A DNA stretch of 64,000 bases. Origin: Eledone cirrhosa (taxonomy: Eukaryota). Each line of letters opens with the position of its first letter. Within the stretch, counting starts at the first letter, position 1. Below are positions 26,201 through 40,800 of this stretch, piece by piece. The notes beneath the pieces were generated by a model that did not search any database, was not told where the DNA came from, and was given only the letters and a program-made list of their open reading frames with translations. The stretch covers positions 164,114,001-164,178,000 of the forward strand of contig OZ024742.1 in the NCBI GenBank assembly GCA_964016885.1, given 5' to 3'. Both the position numbers and the translations under genes were made by a program.

Positions 26201-29200
26201 GATTTTTTTTTACAAATTATCTACGCCTAATTTTTTTTACAAATTATCTCCCCCTGATTTTTTTTACAAATTATCTCCCCCTGATTTTTTTTACAAATTA
26301 TCTCCCCCTGATTTTTTTTTACAAATTATTTCCCCCTGATTTTTTTACAAATTATCTCCCCCCTGATTTTTTTAAAAATTATCTTCCCTTGGCTGGCGGG
26401 AAATTATCTCCCCTTGGACGGCTGGAAATTATATCCCCTTGGAGGCTGGAATTTATCTCCCCTTGGACGGCTAGAAATTACCTCGCCTTGGACGGCTGGA
26501 AAATATGTCTCCTTGGACGGCTGGAAATTATCTCCCCTTGGACGGCTGGAAATTATCTCCCCTTGGACGGCTGGAAATTATCTCCCCTTGGACGGCTGGA
26601 AATTATCTCCCATTGGACGGCTAGATATTACCTCCCCTTGGACGGCTGCAAATTATCTCCCCTTGATTTTTTTAACAAATTATCTCCCCCTGATTTTTTT
26701 TTACAAATTATCTCCCCCTGATTTTTTTTTACAAATTATCTACGCCTAATTTTTTTTACAAATTATCTCCCCCTGATTTTTTTTTACAAATTATCTCCCC
26801 CTGATTTTTTTTACAAATTATCTCCCCCTGATTTTTTTTTACAAATTATCTCCCCCTGATTTTTTTACAAATTATCTCCCCCCTGATTTTTTTTACAATC
26901 TCCGCCTGATTTTTTTAAAAATTATCTTCCCTTGGCTGGCGGGAAATTATCTCCCCTTGGACGGCTGGAAATTATATCCCCTTGGAAGGATGGAAATTAT
27001 CTCCCCTTGGACGGCTGGAAATTATCTCCCCTTGGACGGCTGGAAATTATCTCCCCTTGGACAGCTGGAAATTATCTCCCCCTGATTTTTTTTACAAATT
27101 ATCTCCACCTGATTTTTTAAAAAATTATCTCCCCTTGGACGGCTGGAAATTATCTCCCCTTGATTTTTTTACAAATTATCTCCCCCTGATTTTTTTTACA
27201 AATTATCTCCCCCTGATTTTTTTTTTACAAATTATCTCCCCCTGATTTTTTTACAAATTATCTCCCCCTGATTTTTTTTACAAATTATCTCCGCCTGATT
27301 TTTTTAAATATTATCTTCCCTTGGCTGGCGGGAAATTATCTCCCCTTGGACGGCTGAAAATTATCTCCCCTTGGACGGCTGGAAATTATCTCCCCTTGAT
27401 TTTTTTTACAAATTATCTCCCCCTGATTTTTTTTACAAATTATCTCCCCCTGATTTTTTTTTACAAATTATCTCCCCCTGATTTTTTTTTACAAATTATC
27501 TGCCCCTGAGTTTTTTTACAAATTATCTCCCCCTGATTTTTTTACAAATTATCTCCCCTTGGCTGGCTGGAAATTATCTCCCCTTGGAGGCTGGAATTTA
27601 TCTCCCCTTGGACGGCTAGAAATTACCTCTCCTTGGAAGGCTGGAAAATATTTCTCCTTGGACGGCTGGATATTATCTACCCTTGGACGGGTGGAAATTA
27701 TCTCCCCTTGGACGGCTGGAAATTATCTCCCCTTGGACAGCTAGATATTACCTCCCCTTGGACGGCTGGAAATTATCTCCCCTTGATTTCTTTTACAAAT
27801 TATCTCCCCCTGATTTTTTTTACAAATTATCTCCACCTGATTTTTTTACAAATTATCTCCCCCTGATTTTTTTTACAAATTATCTCCCCCTGATTTTTTT
27901 ACAAATTATCTCCCCTTGGCTGGCTGGAAATTATCTCCCCTTGGAGGCTGGAATTTATCTCCCCTTGGACGGCTGGAAATTATCTCCCCTTGATTTTTTT
28001 TACAAATTATCTACCCCTGATTTTTTTTACAAATTATCTCCCCCTGATTTTTTTTACAAATTATCTCCCCCTGATTTTTTTACAAATTATCTCCCCCTGA
28101 TTTTTTTACAAATTATCTCCCCCTGATTTTTTTTTACAAATTATCTACGCCTAATTTTTTTTACAAATTATCTCCCCCTGATTTTTTTTTACAAATTATC
28201 TCCCCCTGATTTTTTTTTACAAATTATCTCCCCCTGATTTTTTTTTACAAATTATCTCCCCCTGATTTTTTTACAAATTATCTCCCCCCTGATTTTTATT
28301 GCAATCTCCGCCTGATTTTTTAAAAAATTATCTTCCCTTGGCTGGCGGGAAATTATCTTCCCTTGGACGGCTGGAAATTATATCCCCTTGGAAGGATGGA
28401 AATTATCTCCCCTTGGACGGCTGGAAATTATCTCCCCTTGGACGGCTGGAAATTATCTCCCCTTGGACAGCTGGAAATTATCTGCCCTTGATTTTGTTTT
28501 TACAAATTATCTCCCCCTGATTTGTTTTACAAATTATCTCCACCTGATTTTTTAAAAAATTATCTCCCCTTGGACGGCTGGAAATTATCTCCCCTTGGCT
28601 GGAAATTATCTCCCCTTGGACGGCTAGAAATTATCTCTCTTTGGACGGCTGGAAATTATCTGCCTTTGATTTTTTTTACAAATTATCTCCCCCTGATTTT
28701 TTTTTACAAATTATCTCACCCTGATTTTTTTTACAAATTATCTCCCTCTGACTTTTTTACAAATTATCTCCCCTTGGCTGGCTGGAAATTATCTCCCCTT
28801 GGAGGCTGGAATTTATCTCCCCTTGGACGGCTAGAAATTACCTCTCCTTGGACGGCTGGAAAATATGTCTCCTTGGACGGCTGGATATTATCTACCCTTG
28901 GACGGCTGGAAATTATCTCCCCTTGGACGGCTGGAAATTATCTCCCCTTGGACGGCTAGATATTACCTCCCCTTGGACGGCTGGAAATTATCTCCCCTTG
29001 ATTTTTTTACAAATTATCTCCCCCTGATTTTTTTACAAATTATCTCCCCCTGATTTTTTTTACAAATTATCTCCGCCTAATTTTTTTAAATATTATCTTC
29101 CCTTGGCTGGCGGGAAATTATCTCCCCTTGGACGGCTGAAAATTATCTCCCATTGGACGGCTGGAAATTATCTCCCCTTGATTTTTTTTACAAATTATCT

Positions 29201-31339
29201 CCCCCTGATTTTTTTTTACAAATTATCTCCCCCTGATTTTTTTTACAAATTATCTCCCCCTGATTTTTTTACAAATTATCTCCCCTTGGCTGGCTGGAAA
29301 TTATCTCCCCTTGGAGGCTGGAATTTATCTCCCCTTGGACGGCTAGAAATTACCTCTCCTTGGACGGCTGGAAAATATGTCCTTGGACGGCTGGATATTA
29401 TCTACCCTTGGACGGCTGGAAATTATCTCCCCTTGGACGGCTGGAAATTATCTCCCCTTGGACGGCTAGATATTACCTCCCCTTGGACGGCTGGAAATTA
29501 TCTCGCCTTGATTTTTTTTACAAATTATCTCCCCCTGATTTTTTTTTACAAATTATCTCCCCCTGATTTTTTTTTACAAATTATCTACCCCTGATTTTTT
29601 TTTACAAATTATCTCCCCCTGATTTTTTTTACAAATTATCTCCCCCTGATTTTTTTTTACAAATTATCTCCCCCTGATTTTTTTTTACAAATTATCTACC
29701 CCTGATTTTTTTTACAAATTATCTCCCCCTGATTTTTTTTACAAATTATCTCCCCCTGATTTTGTTTACAAATTATCTCCCCCTGATTTTTTTACAAATT
29801 ATCTCCCCCTGATTTTTTTTACAAATTATCTCCGCCTAATTTTTTTAAATATTATCTTCCCTTGGCTGGCGGGAAATTATCTCCCCTTGGACGGCTGAAA
29901 ATTATCTCTCCTTGGACGGCTGGAAATTATCTCCCCTTGATTTTTTTTACAAATTATCTCCCCCTGATTATTTTTTACAAATTATCTCCCCCTGATTTTT
30001 TTTTACAAATTATCTCCCCCTGATTTTTTTTACAAATTATCTCCCCCTGATTTTTTTACAAATTATCTCCCCTTGGCTGGCTGGAAATTATCTCCCCTTG
30101 GAGGCTGGAATTTATCTCCCCTTGGACGGTTAGAAATTACCTCTCCTTGGACGGCTGGAAAATATGTCTCCTTGGACGGCTGGAAATTATCGCCCCTTGG
30201 ACGGCTGGAAATTATCTCCCCTTGGACGGCTGGAAATTATCTCTCCTCGGACGGCTAGAAATTACCTCTCCTTGGACAGCTGAAAATTATCTCCCCTTGG
30301 ACGGCTGGAAATTATCTCCCCTTGATTTTTTTTACAAATTATCTCCCCCTGATTTTTTTTTACAAATTATCTCCCCCTGATTTTTTTTTACAAATTATCT
30401 CCCCCTGATTTTTTTTTACAAATTATCTCCCCCTGATATTTTTTACAAATTATCTCCCCCTGATTTTTTTACAAATTATCTCCCCTTGGCTGGCTGGAAA
30501 TTATCTCCCCTTGGAGGCTGGAATTTATCTCCCCTTAGACGGCTAGAAATTACCTCGCCTTGGACGGCTGGAAAATATGTCTCCTTGGACGGCTGGAAAT
30601 TATCTCCCCTTGGACGGCTGGAAATTATCTCCCCTTGGACGGCTGGAAATTATCTCCCCTTGGACGGCTAGATATTACCTCCCCTTGGACGGCTGGAAAT
30701 TATCTCCCCTTGATTTTTTTTACAAATTATCTCCCCCTGATTTTTTTTTACAAATTATCTCCCCCTGATTTTTTTTTACGAATTATCTCCCCCCGATTTT
30801 TTTTTACAAATTATCTCCGCCTGATTTTTTTAAAAAAATTATCTCCCCTTGAACGGCTGGAAATTATCTCCCCTTGGACGGCTGGAAATTATCTCCCCTT
30901 GGACGGCTAGAAATTACCTCTCCTTGGACGGCTGAAAATTATCTCCCCTTGGACGGCTGCAAATTATCTCCCCTTGATTTTTTAACAAATTATCTCCCCC
31001 TGATTTTTTTTTACAAATTATCTCCCCCTGATTTTTTTTTACAAATTATCTCCCCCTGATTTTTTTACAAATTATCTCCCCCTGATTTTTTTAAAAATTA
31101 TCTTCCCTTGGCTGGCGGGAAATTATCTCCCCTTGGACGGCTGGAAATTATATCCCCTTGGAAGGATGGAAATTATCTCCCCTTGGACGGCTGGAAATTA
31201 TCTCCCCTTGGACGGCTGGAAATTATCTCCCCTTGGACAGCTGGAAATTATCTGCCCTTGATTTTGTTTTTACAAATTATCTCCCCCTGATTTTTTTTAC
31301 AAATTATCTCCACCTGATTTTTTAAAAAATTATCTCCCC

Positions 31340-34104
31340 TTGGACGGCTGGAAATTATCTCCCCTTGATTTTTTTACAAATTATCTCCCCCTGATTTTTT
31401 TTACAAATTATCTCCCCCTGATTTTTTGTTACAAATTATCTCCCCCTGATTTTTTTAAAAATTATCTCCCCCTGATTTTTTTTACAAATTATCTCCGCCT
31501 GATTTTTTTAAATATTATCTTCCCTTGGCTGGCGGGAAATTATCTCCCCTTGGACGGCTGAAAATTATCTCCCCTTGGACGGCTGGAAATTATCTCCCCT
31601 TGATTTTTTTACAAATTATCTCCCCCTGATTTTTTTTTACAAATTATCTACCCCTGATTTTTTTTACAAATTATCTCCCCCTGATTTTTTTTTACAAATT
31701 ATCTCCCCCTGATTTTTTTTTACAAATTATCTCCCCCTGATTTTTTTACAAATTATCTCCCCTTGGCTAGCTGGAAATTATCTCCCCTTGGAGGCTGGAA
31801 TTTATCTCCCCTTGGACGGCTAGAAATTACCTCTCCTTGGACGGCTGGAAAATATGTCTCCTTGGACGGCTGGATATTATCTACCCTTGGACGGCTGGAA
31901 ATTATCTCCCCTTGGACGGCTGGAAATTATCTCCCCTTGGACGGCTAGATATTACCTCCCCTTGGACGGCTGGAAATTATCTCCCCTTGATTTTTTTTAC
32001 AAATTATCTCCCCCTGATTTTTTTTTACGAATTATCTCCCCCTGATTTTTTTTTACAAATTATCTCCGCCTGATTTTTTTTTTAAATTATCTCCCCTTGA
32101 ACGGCTGGAAATTATCTCCCCTTGGACGGCTGGAAATTATCTCCCCTTGGACGGCTAGAAATTACCTCTCCTTGGACGGCTGAAAATTATCTCCCCTTGG
32201 ACGGCTGCAAATTATCTCCCCTTGATTTTTTTAACAAATTATCTCCCCCTGATTTTTTTTTACAAATTATCTCCCCCTGATTTTTTTTTACAAATTATCT
32301 ACGCCTAATTTTTTTTACAAATTATCTCCCCCTGATTTTTTTTTACAAATTATCTCCCCCTGATTTTTTTTACAAATTATCTCCCCCTGATTTTTTTTTA
32401 CAAATTATCTCCCCCTGATTTTTTTACAAATTATCTCCCCCCTGAATTTTTTTACGATCTCCGCCTGATTTTTTTAAAAATTATCTTCCCTTGGCTGGCA
32501 GGAAATTATCTCCCCTTGGTCGGCTGGAAATTATATCCCCTTGGAAGGATGGAAATTATCTCCCCTTGGACGGCTGGAAATTATCTCCCCTTGGACGGCT
32601 GGAAATTACCTCCCCTTGGACAGCTGGAAATTATCTGCCCTTGATTTTGTTTTTACAAATTATCTCCCCCTGATTTTTTTTACAAATTATCTCCACCTGA
32701 TTTTTTAAAAAATTATCTCCCCTTGGACGGCTGGAAATTATCTCCCCTTGATTTTTTTACAAATTATCTCCCCCTGATTTTTTTTACAAATTATCTCCCC
32801 CTGATTTTTTGTTACAAATTATCTCCCCCTGATTTTTTTAAAAATTATCTCCCCCTGATTTTTTTTACAAATTATCTCCGCCTGATTTTTTTAAATATTA
32901 TCTTCCCTTGGCTGGCGGGAAATTATCTCCCCTTGGACGGCTGAAAATTATCTCCCCTTGGACGGCTGGAAATTATCTCCCCTTGATTTTTTTACAAATT
33001 ATCTCCCCCTGATTTTTTTTTACAAATTATCTACCCCTGATTTTTTTTACAAATTATCTCCCCCTGATTTTTTTTACAAATTATCTCCCCCTGATTTTTT
33101 TTTACAAATTATCTCCCCCTGATTTTTTTACAAATTATCTCCCCTTGGCTAGCTGGAAATTATCTCCCCTTGGAGGCTGGAATTTATCTCCCCTTGGACG
33201 GCTAGAAATTACCTCTCCTTGGACGGCTGGAAAATATGTCTCCTTGGACGGCTGGATATTATCTACCCTTGGACGGCTGGAAATTATCTCCCCTTGGACG
33301 GCTGGAAATTATCTCCCCTTGGACGGCTAGATATTACCTCCCCTTGGACGGCTGGAAATTATCTCCCCTTGATTTTTTTTACAAATTATCTCCCCCTGAT
33401 TTTTTTTTACGAATTATCTCCCCCTGATTTTTTTTTACAAATTATCTCCGCCTGATTTTTTTTTTAAATTATCTCCCCTTGAACGGCTGGAAATTATCTC
33501 CCCTTGGACGGCTGGAAATTATCTCCCCTTGGACGGCTAGAAATTACCTCTCCTTGGACGGCTGAAAATTATCTCCCCTTGGACGGCTGCAAATTATCTC
33601 CCCTTGATTTTTTTAACAAATTATCTCCCCCTGATTTTTTTTTACAAATTATCTCCCCCTGATTTTTTTTTACAAATTATCTACGCCTAATTTTTTTTAC
33701 AAATTATCTCCCCCTGATTTTTTTTTACAAATTATCTCCCCCTGATTTTTTTTACAAATTATCTCCCCCTGATTTTTTTTTACAAATTATCTCCCCCTGA
33801 TTTTTTTACAAATTATCTCCCCCCTGAATTTTTTTACGATCTCCGCCTGATTTTTTTAAAAATTATCTTCCCTTGGCTGGCAGGAAATTATCTCCCCTTG
33901 GTCGGCTGGAAATTATATCCCCTTGGAAGGATGGAAATTATCTCCCCTTGGACGGCTGGAAATTATCTCCCCTTGGACGGCTGGAAATTACCTCCCCTTG
34001 GACAGCTGGAAATTATCTGCCCTTGATTTTGTTTTTACAAATTATCTCCCCCTGATTTTTTTTACAAATTATCTCCACCTGATTTTTTAAAAAATTATCT
34101 CCCC
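31340..34104. repeat. Tandem duplication of a ~1,382-bp unit, present only in HOR copy 2
   Basis: Landmark pairs 31340/32723, 31763/33145 and 32491/33873. The diagnostic variants TTTTTTGTTAC, GGCTAGCTGG and GGCAGG...TTGGTCGG appear twice here but once in copies 1 and 3. Confidence 0.9.
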
Positions 34105-34599
34105 TTGATTTTTTTACAAATTATCTCCCCCTGATTTTTTTTACAAATTATCTCCCCCTGATTTTTTTTTTACAAATTATCTCCCCCTGATTTTTTTACA
34201 AATTATCTCCCCCTGATTTTTTTTACAAATTATCTCCGCCTGATTTTTTTTACAAATTATCTCCCCTTGGCTGGCTGGAAATTATCTCCCCTTGGAGGCT
34301 GGAATTTATCTCCCCTTGGACGGCTAGAAATTACCTCTCCTTGGACGGCTGGAAAATATGTCCTTGGACGGCTGGATATTATCTACCCTTGGACGGCTGG
34401 AAATTATCTCCCCTTGGACGGCTGGAAATTATCTCCCCTTGGAGGCTGGAATTTATCTCCCCTTGGACGGCTAGAAATTACCTCTCCTTGGACGGCTGGA
34501 AAATATGTCCTTGGACGGCTGGATATTACCTCCCCTTGGACGGCTGGAAATTATCTCCCCTTGATTTTTTTTACAAATTATCTCCCCCTGATTTTTTTT

Positions 34600-35020
34600 A
34601 CAAATCTAATGATTTTAAAAAAAAAATTATCTCCCCTTCGCTGGCTGGAAATTATCTCCCCTTCGCTGGCTGGAAATTATCTCCCCTTGGACGCTGGAAA
34701 TTATAGCCCCTTGGAGGGCTGGAAATTATCTTCCCTTGGACGGCTGGAAATTATCTCCCCTTGGCTCGAAATTATCTCCCCTTGGACGGCTAGAAATTAT
34801 CTCTCTTTGGACGGCTGGAAATTATCTCCCTTTGATTTTTTTTACAAATTATCTCCCCCTGATTTTTTTTACAAATCTCCCCCTGATTTTTTAAAAAAAA
34901 TTATCTCCCCTTCGCTGGCTGGAAATTATCTCCCGTTGGACACTGGAAATTATAGCCCCTTGGAGGGCTGGAAATTATCTTCCCTTGGACGGCTGGAAAT
35001 TATCTCTGCTTGATTTTTTT
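34600..35020 (+). repeat. Diverged landmark patch (copy 2)
   Basis: Same string as at 16811, offset +17,789, with a private variant TCCCGTTGG near 34935. Confidence 0.88.
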
Positions 35021-37811
35021 TACAAATTATCTCCCCCTGATTTTTTTTTACAAATTATCCCCCCCGATTTTTTTTACAAATTATCTCCCCCTGATTTTTT
35101 TTACAAATTATCTCCCCTTGGACGGCTGGAAATTATCTCCCCTTGGACGGCTGGAAATTATCTCCCCTTGGACGGCTAGAAATTACCTCTCCTTGGACGA
35201 CTGAAAATTATCTCCCCTTGGACGGCTGCAAATTATCTCCCCTTGATTTTTTTTACAAATTATCTCCGCCTGATTTTTTTAAAAAAATTATCTCCCCTTG
35301 GACGGCTGGAAATTACCTCCCCTTGGACGGCTGGAAATTATCTCCCCTTGGACGGCTAGAAATTACCTCTCATTGGACGGCTGAAAATTATCTCCCCTTG
35401 GACGGCTGGAAATTATCTCCCCTTGATTTTTTTTACAAATTATCTCCCCCTGATTTTTTTTTACAAATTATCTCCCCCTGATTTTTTTTTTACAAATTAT
35501 CTCCGCCTGATTTTTTTTTAAAATTATCTCTCCTTGGACGGCTGGATATTATCTCCCCTTTCATTTTTTTTACAAATTATCTCCCCCTGATTTTTTTTTA
35601 CAAATTATCTCCCCCTGATTTTTTTTTACAAATTATCTACCCCTAATTTTTTTTTACAAATTATCTCCCCCTGATTTTTTTTACAAATTATCTCCCCCTG
35701 ATTTTTTTTTTACAAATTATCTCCCCCTGATTTTTTTACAAATTATCTCCCCCTGATTTTTTTTACAAATTATCTCCGCCTGATTTTTTTAAATATTATC
35801 TTCTCTTGGCTGGCGGGAAATTATCTCCCCTTGGACGGCTGAAAATTATCTCCCCTTGGACGGCTGGAAATTATCTCCCCTTGATTTTTTTTACAAATTA
35901 TCTCCCCCTGATTTTTTTTTACAAATTATCTCCCCCTGATTTTTTTTACAAATTATCTCCCCCTGATTTTTTTTTACAAATTATCTCCCCCTGATTTTTT
36001 TTACAAATTATCTCCCCCTGATTTTTTTACAAATTATCTCCCCTTGGCTGGCTGGAAATTATCTCCCCTTGGAGGCTGGAATTTATCTCCCCTTGGACGG
36101 CTAGAAATTACCTCTCCTTGGACGGCTGGAAAATATGTCCTTGGACGGCTGGATATTATCTACCCTTGGACGGCTGGAAATTATCTCCCCTTGGACGGCT
36201 GGAAATTATCTCCCCTTGGACGGCTAGATATTACCTCCCCTTGGACGGCTGGAAATTATCTCCCCTTGATTTTTTTTACAAATTATCCCCCCCTGATTTT
36301 TTTTTACAAATTATCTCCCCCTGATTTTTTTTTACAAATTATCTACCCCTGATTTTTTTTTACAAATTATCTCCCCCTAATTTTTTTTACAAATTATCTC
36401 TCCCTGATTTTTTTTTACAAATTATCTCCCCCTGATTTTTTTTTACAAATTATCTACCCCTGATTTTTTTTTACAAATTATCTCCCCCTGATTTTTTTTA
36501 CAAATTATCTCCCCCTGATTTTTTTTACAAATTATCTCCCCCTGATTTTTTTACAAATTATCTCCCCCCGATTTTTTTTACAAATTATCTCCGCCTAATT
36601 TTTTTAAATATTATCTTCCCTTGGCTGGCGGGAAATTATCTCCCCTTGGACGGCTGAAAATTATCTCCCCTTGGACGGCTGGAAATTATCTCCCCTTGAT
36701 TTTTTTACAAATTATCTCCCCCTGATTATTTTTTACAAATTATCTCCCCCTGATTTTTTTTTACAAATTATCTCCCACTGATTTTTTTTACAAATTATCT
36801 CCCCTTGGCTGGCTGGAAATTATCTCCCCTTGGAGGCTGGAATTTATCTCCACTTGGACGGTTAGAAATTACCTCTCCTTGGACTGCTGGAAAATATGTC
36901 TCCTTGGACGGCTGGAAATTATCTCCCCTTGGACGGCTGGAAATTATCTCCCCTTGGACGGCTGGAAATTATCTCTCCTCGGACGACTAGAAATTACCTC
37001 TCCTTGGACAGCTGAAAATTATCTCCCCTTGGACGGCTGGAAATTATCTCCCCTTGATTTTTTTTACAAATTATCTCCCCCCGATTTTTTTTTACAAATT
37101 ATCTCCCCCTGATTTTTTTTTACAAATTATCTCCCCCTGATTTTTTTTACAAATTATCTCCCCCTGATATTTTTTACAAATTATCTCCCCCTGATTTTTT
37201 TACAAATTATCTCCCCTTGGCTGGCTGGAAATTATCTCCCCTTGGAGGCTGGAATTTATCTCCCCTTGGACGGCTAGAAATTACCTCGCCTTGGACGGCT
37301 GGAAAATATGTCTCCTTGGACGGCTGGAAATTATCTCCCCTTGGACGGCTGGAAATTATCTCCCCTTGGACGGCTGGAAATTATCTCCCCTTGGACGGCT
37401 AGATATTACCTCCCCTTGGACGGCTGGAAATTATCTCCCCTTGATTTTTTTTACAAATTATCTCCCCCTGATTTTTTTTTAAAATTATCTCCCCTTGAAC
37501 GGCTGGAAATTATCTCCCCTTGGACGGCTGGAAATTATCTCCCCTTGGACGGCTAGAAATTACCTCTCCTTGGACGGCTGAAAATTATCTCCCCTTGGAC
37601 GGCTGCAAATTATCTCCCCTTGATTTTTTAACAAATTATCTCCCCCTGATTTTTTTTTACAAATTATCTCCCCCTGATTTTTTTTTACAAATTATCTACG
37701 CCTAATTTTTTTTACAAATTATCTCCCCCTGATTTTTTTTTACAAATTATCTCCCCCTGATTTTTTTTTACAAATTATTTCCCCCTGATTTTTTTACAAA
37801 TTATCTCCCCC

Positions 37812-40800
37812 CTGATTTTTTTTACAATCTCCGCCTGATTTTTTTAAAAATTATCTTGCCTTGGCTGGCGGGAAATTATCTCCCCTTGGACGGCTGGAAA
37901 TTATATCCCCTTGGACGGCTGGAAATTACCTCCCCTTGGACAGCTGGAAATTATCTGCCCTTGATTTTGTTTTTACAAATTATCTCCCCCTGATTTTTTT
38001 TACAAATTATCTCCACCTGATTTTTTAAAAAATTATCTCCCCTTGGACGGCTGGAAATTATCTCCCCTTGGACGGCTGATAATTATCTCCCCTTGGACGG
38101 CTGGAAATTATCTCCCCTTGATTTTTTTTACAAATTATCTCCCCCTGATTTTTTTTTACAAATTATCTCCCCCTGATTTTTTTTACAAATTATCTCCGCC
38201 TGATTTTTTTAAATATTATCTTCCCTTGGCTGGCTGGAAATTATCTCCCCTTGGAGGCTGGAATTTATCTCCCCTTGGACGGCTAGAAATTACCTCTCCT
38301 TGGACGGCTGGAAAATATTTCTCCTTGGACGGCTGGATATTATCTACCCTTGGACGGGTGGAAATTATCTCCCCTTGGACGGCTGGAAATTATCTCCCCT
38401 TGGACGGCTAGATATTACCTCTCCTTGGACGACTGGAAATTATCTCCCCTTGATTTTTTTTACAAATTATCTCCCCCTGATTTTTTTTTTACAAATTATC
38501 TCCCCCTGATTTTTTTACAAATTATCTCCCCCTGATTTTTTTTACAAATTATCTCCGCCTGATTTTTTTTAATATTATCTTCTCTTGGCTGGCGGGAAAT
38601 TATCTCCCCTTGGACGGCTGGAAATTATCTCCCCTTGATTTTTTTTACAAATTATCTCCCCCTGATTTTTTTTAAAAAATTATCTCCCCCTGATTTTTTT
38701 TTACAAATTATCTCCCCCTGATTTTTTTTTACAAATTATCTCCCCCTGATTTTTTTTACAAATTATCTCCCCCTGATTTTTTTACAAATTATCTCCCCTT
38801 GGCTGGCTGGAAATTATCTCCCCTTGGACACTGTAAATTATAGCCCCTTGGAGGGCTGGAAATTATCTTACCTTGGACGGCTGGAAATTATCTCTGCTTG
38901 ATTTTTTTTACAAATTATCTCCCCCTGATTTTTTTTTACAAATTATCCCCCCCGATTTTTTTTACAAATTATCTCCCCCTGATTTTTTTTACAAATTATC
39001 TCCCCTTGGACGGCTGGAAATTATCTCCCCTTGGACGGCTGGAAATTATCTCTCCTTGGACGGCTAGAAATTACCTCTCCTTGGACGACTGAAAATTATC
39101 TCCCCTTGGACGGCTGCAAATTATCTCCCCTTGATTTCTTTTACAAATTATCTCCGCCTGATTTTTTTTTTTAAATTATCTCCCCTTGGACGGCTGGAAA
39201 TTACCTCCCCTTGGACGGCTGGAAATTATCTCCCCTTGGACGGCTAGAAATTACCTCTCATTGGACGGCTGAAAATTATCTCCCCTTGGACGGCTGGAAA
39301 TTATCTCCCCTTGATTTTTTTTACAAATTATCTCCCCCTGATTTTTTTTTTACAAATTATCTCCGCCTGATTTTTTTTTAAAATTATCTCTCCTTGGACG
39401 GCTGGATATTATCTCCCCTTTCATTTTTTTTACAAATTATCTCCCCCTGATTTTTTTTTACAAATTATCTCCCCCTGATTTATTTTTACAAATTATCTAC
39501 CCCTAATTTTTTTTTACAAATTATCTCCCCCTGATTTTTTTTACAAATTATCTCCCCCTGATTTTTTTTTTACAAATTATCTCCCCCTGATTTTTTTACA
39601 AATTATCTCCCCCTGATTTTTTTTACAAATTATCTCCGCCTGATTTTTTTAAATATTATCTTCTCTTGGCTGGCGGGAAATTATCTCCCCTTGGACGGCT
39701 GAAAATTATCTCCCCTTGGACGGCTGGAAATTATCTCCCCTTGATTTTTTTTACAAATTATCTCCCCCTGATTTTTTTTTACAAATTATCTCCCCCTGAT
39801 TTTTTTTTACAAATTATCTCCCCCTGATTTTTTTTTACAAATTATCTCCCCCTGATTTTTTTTACAAATTATCTCCCCCTGATTTTTTTACAAATTATCT
39901 CCCCTTGGCTGGCTGGAAATTATCTCCCCTTGGAGGCTGGAATTTATCTCCCCTTGGACGGCTAGAAATTACCTCTCCTTGGACGGCTGGAAAATATGTC
40001 CTTGGACGGCTGGATATTATCTACCCTTGGACGGCTGGAAATTATCTCCCCTTGGACGGCTAGATATTACCTCCCCTTGGACGGCTGGAAATTATCTCCC
40101 CTTGATTTTTTTTACAAATTATCTCCCCCTGATTTTTTTTTACAAATTATCTCCCCCTGATTTTTTTTTACAAATTATCTCCGCCTGATTTTTTTTTACA
40201 AATTATCTCCCCCTAATTTTTTTTACAAATTATCTCTCCCTGATCTTTTTTTACAAATTATCTCCCCCTGATTTTTTTTTACCAATTATCTACCCCTGAT
40301 TTTTTTTTACAAATTATCTCCCCCTTATTTTTTTTACAAATTATCTCCCCCTGATTTTTTTTACAAATTATCTCCCCCTGATTTTTTTACAAATTATCTC
40401 CCCCCGATTTTTTTTACAAATTATCTCCGCCTAATTTTTTAAATATTATCTATCCTTGGCTGGCGGGAAATTATCTCCCCTTGGACGGCTGAAAATTTTC
40501 TCCCCTTGGACGGCTGGAAATTATCTCCCCTTGATTTTTTTACAAATTATCTCCCCCTGATTATTTTTTACAAATTATCTCCCCCTGATTTTTTTTTACA
40601 AATTATCTCCCTCTGATTTTTTTTACAAATTATCTCCCCTTGGCTGGCTGGAAATTATCTCCCCTTGGAGGCTGGAATTTATCTCCCCTTGGACGGTTAG
40701 AAATTACCTCTCCTTGGACTGCTGGAAAATATGTCTCCTTGGACGGCTGGAAATTATCTCCCCTTGGACGGCTGGAAATTATCTCCCCTTGGACGGCTGG

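Larger units (their letters stand above)
20023..37811. repeat. Higher-order repeat copy 2 (17,789 bp); lacks a 3.6-kb segment of copy 1 and carries a 1.38-kb tandem duplication
   Basis: The offset to copy 1 falls from 20,022 (9081 to 29103) to 16,401 (13672 to 30073), then rises to 17,789 (16478 to 34267). Confidence 0.88.
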
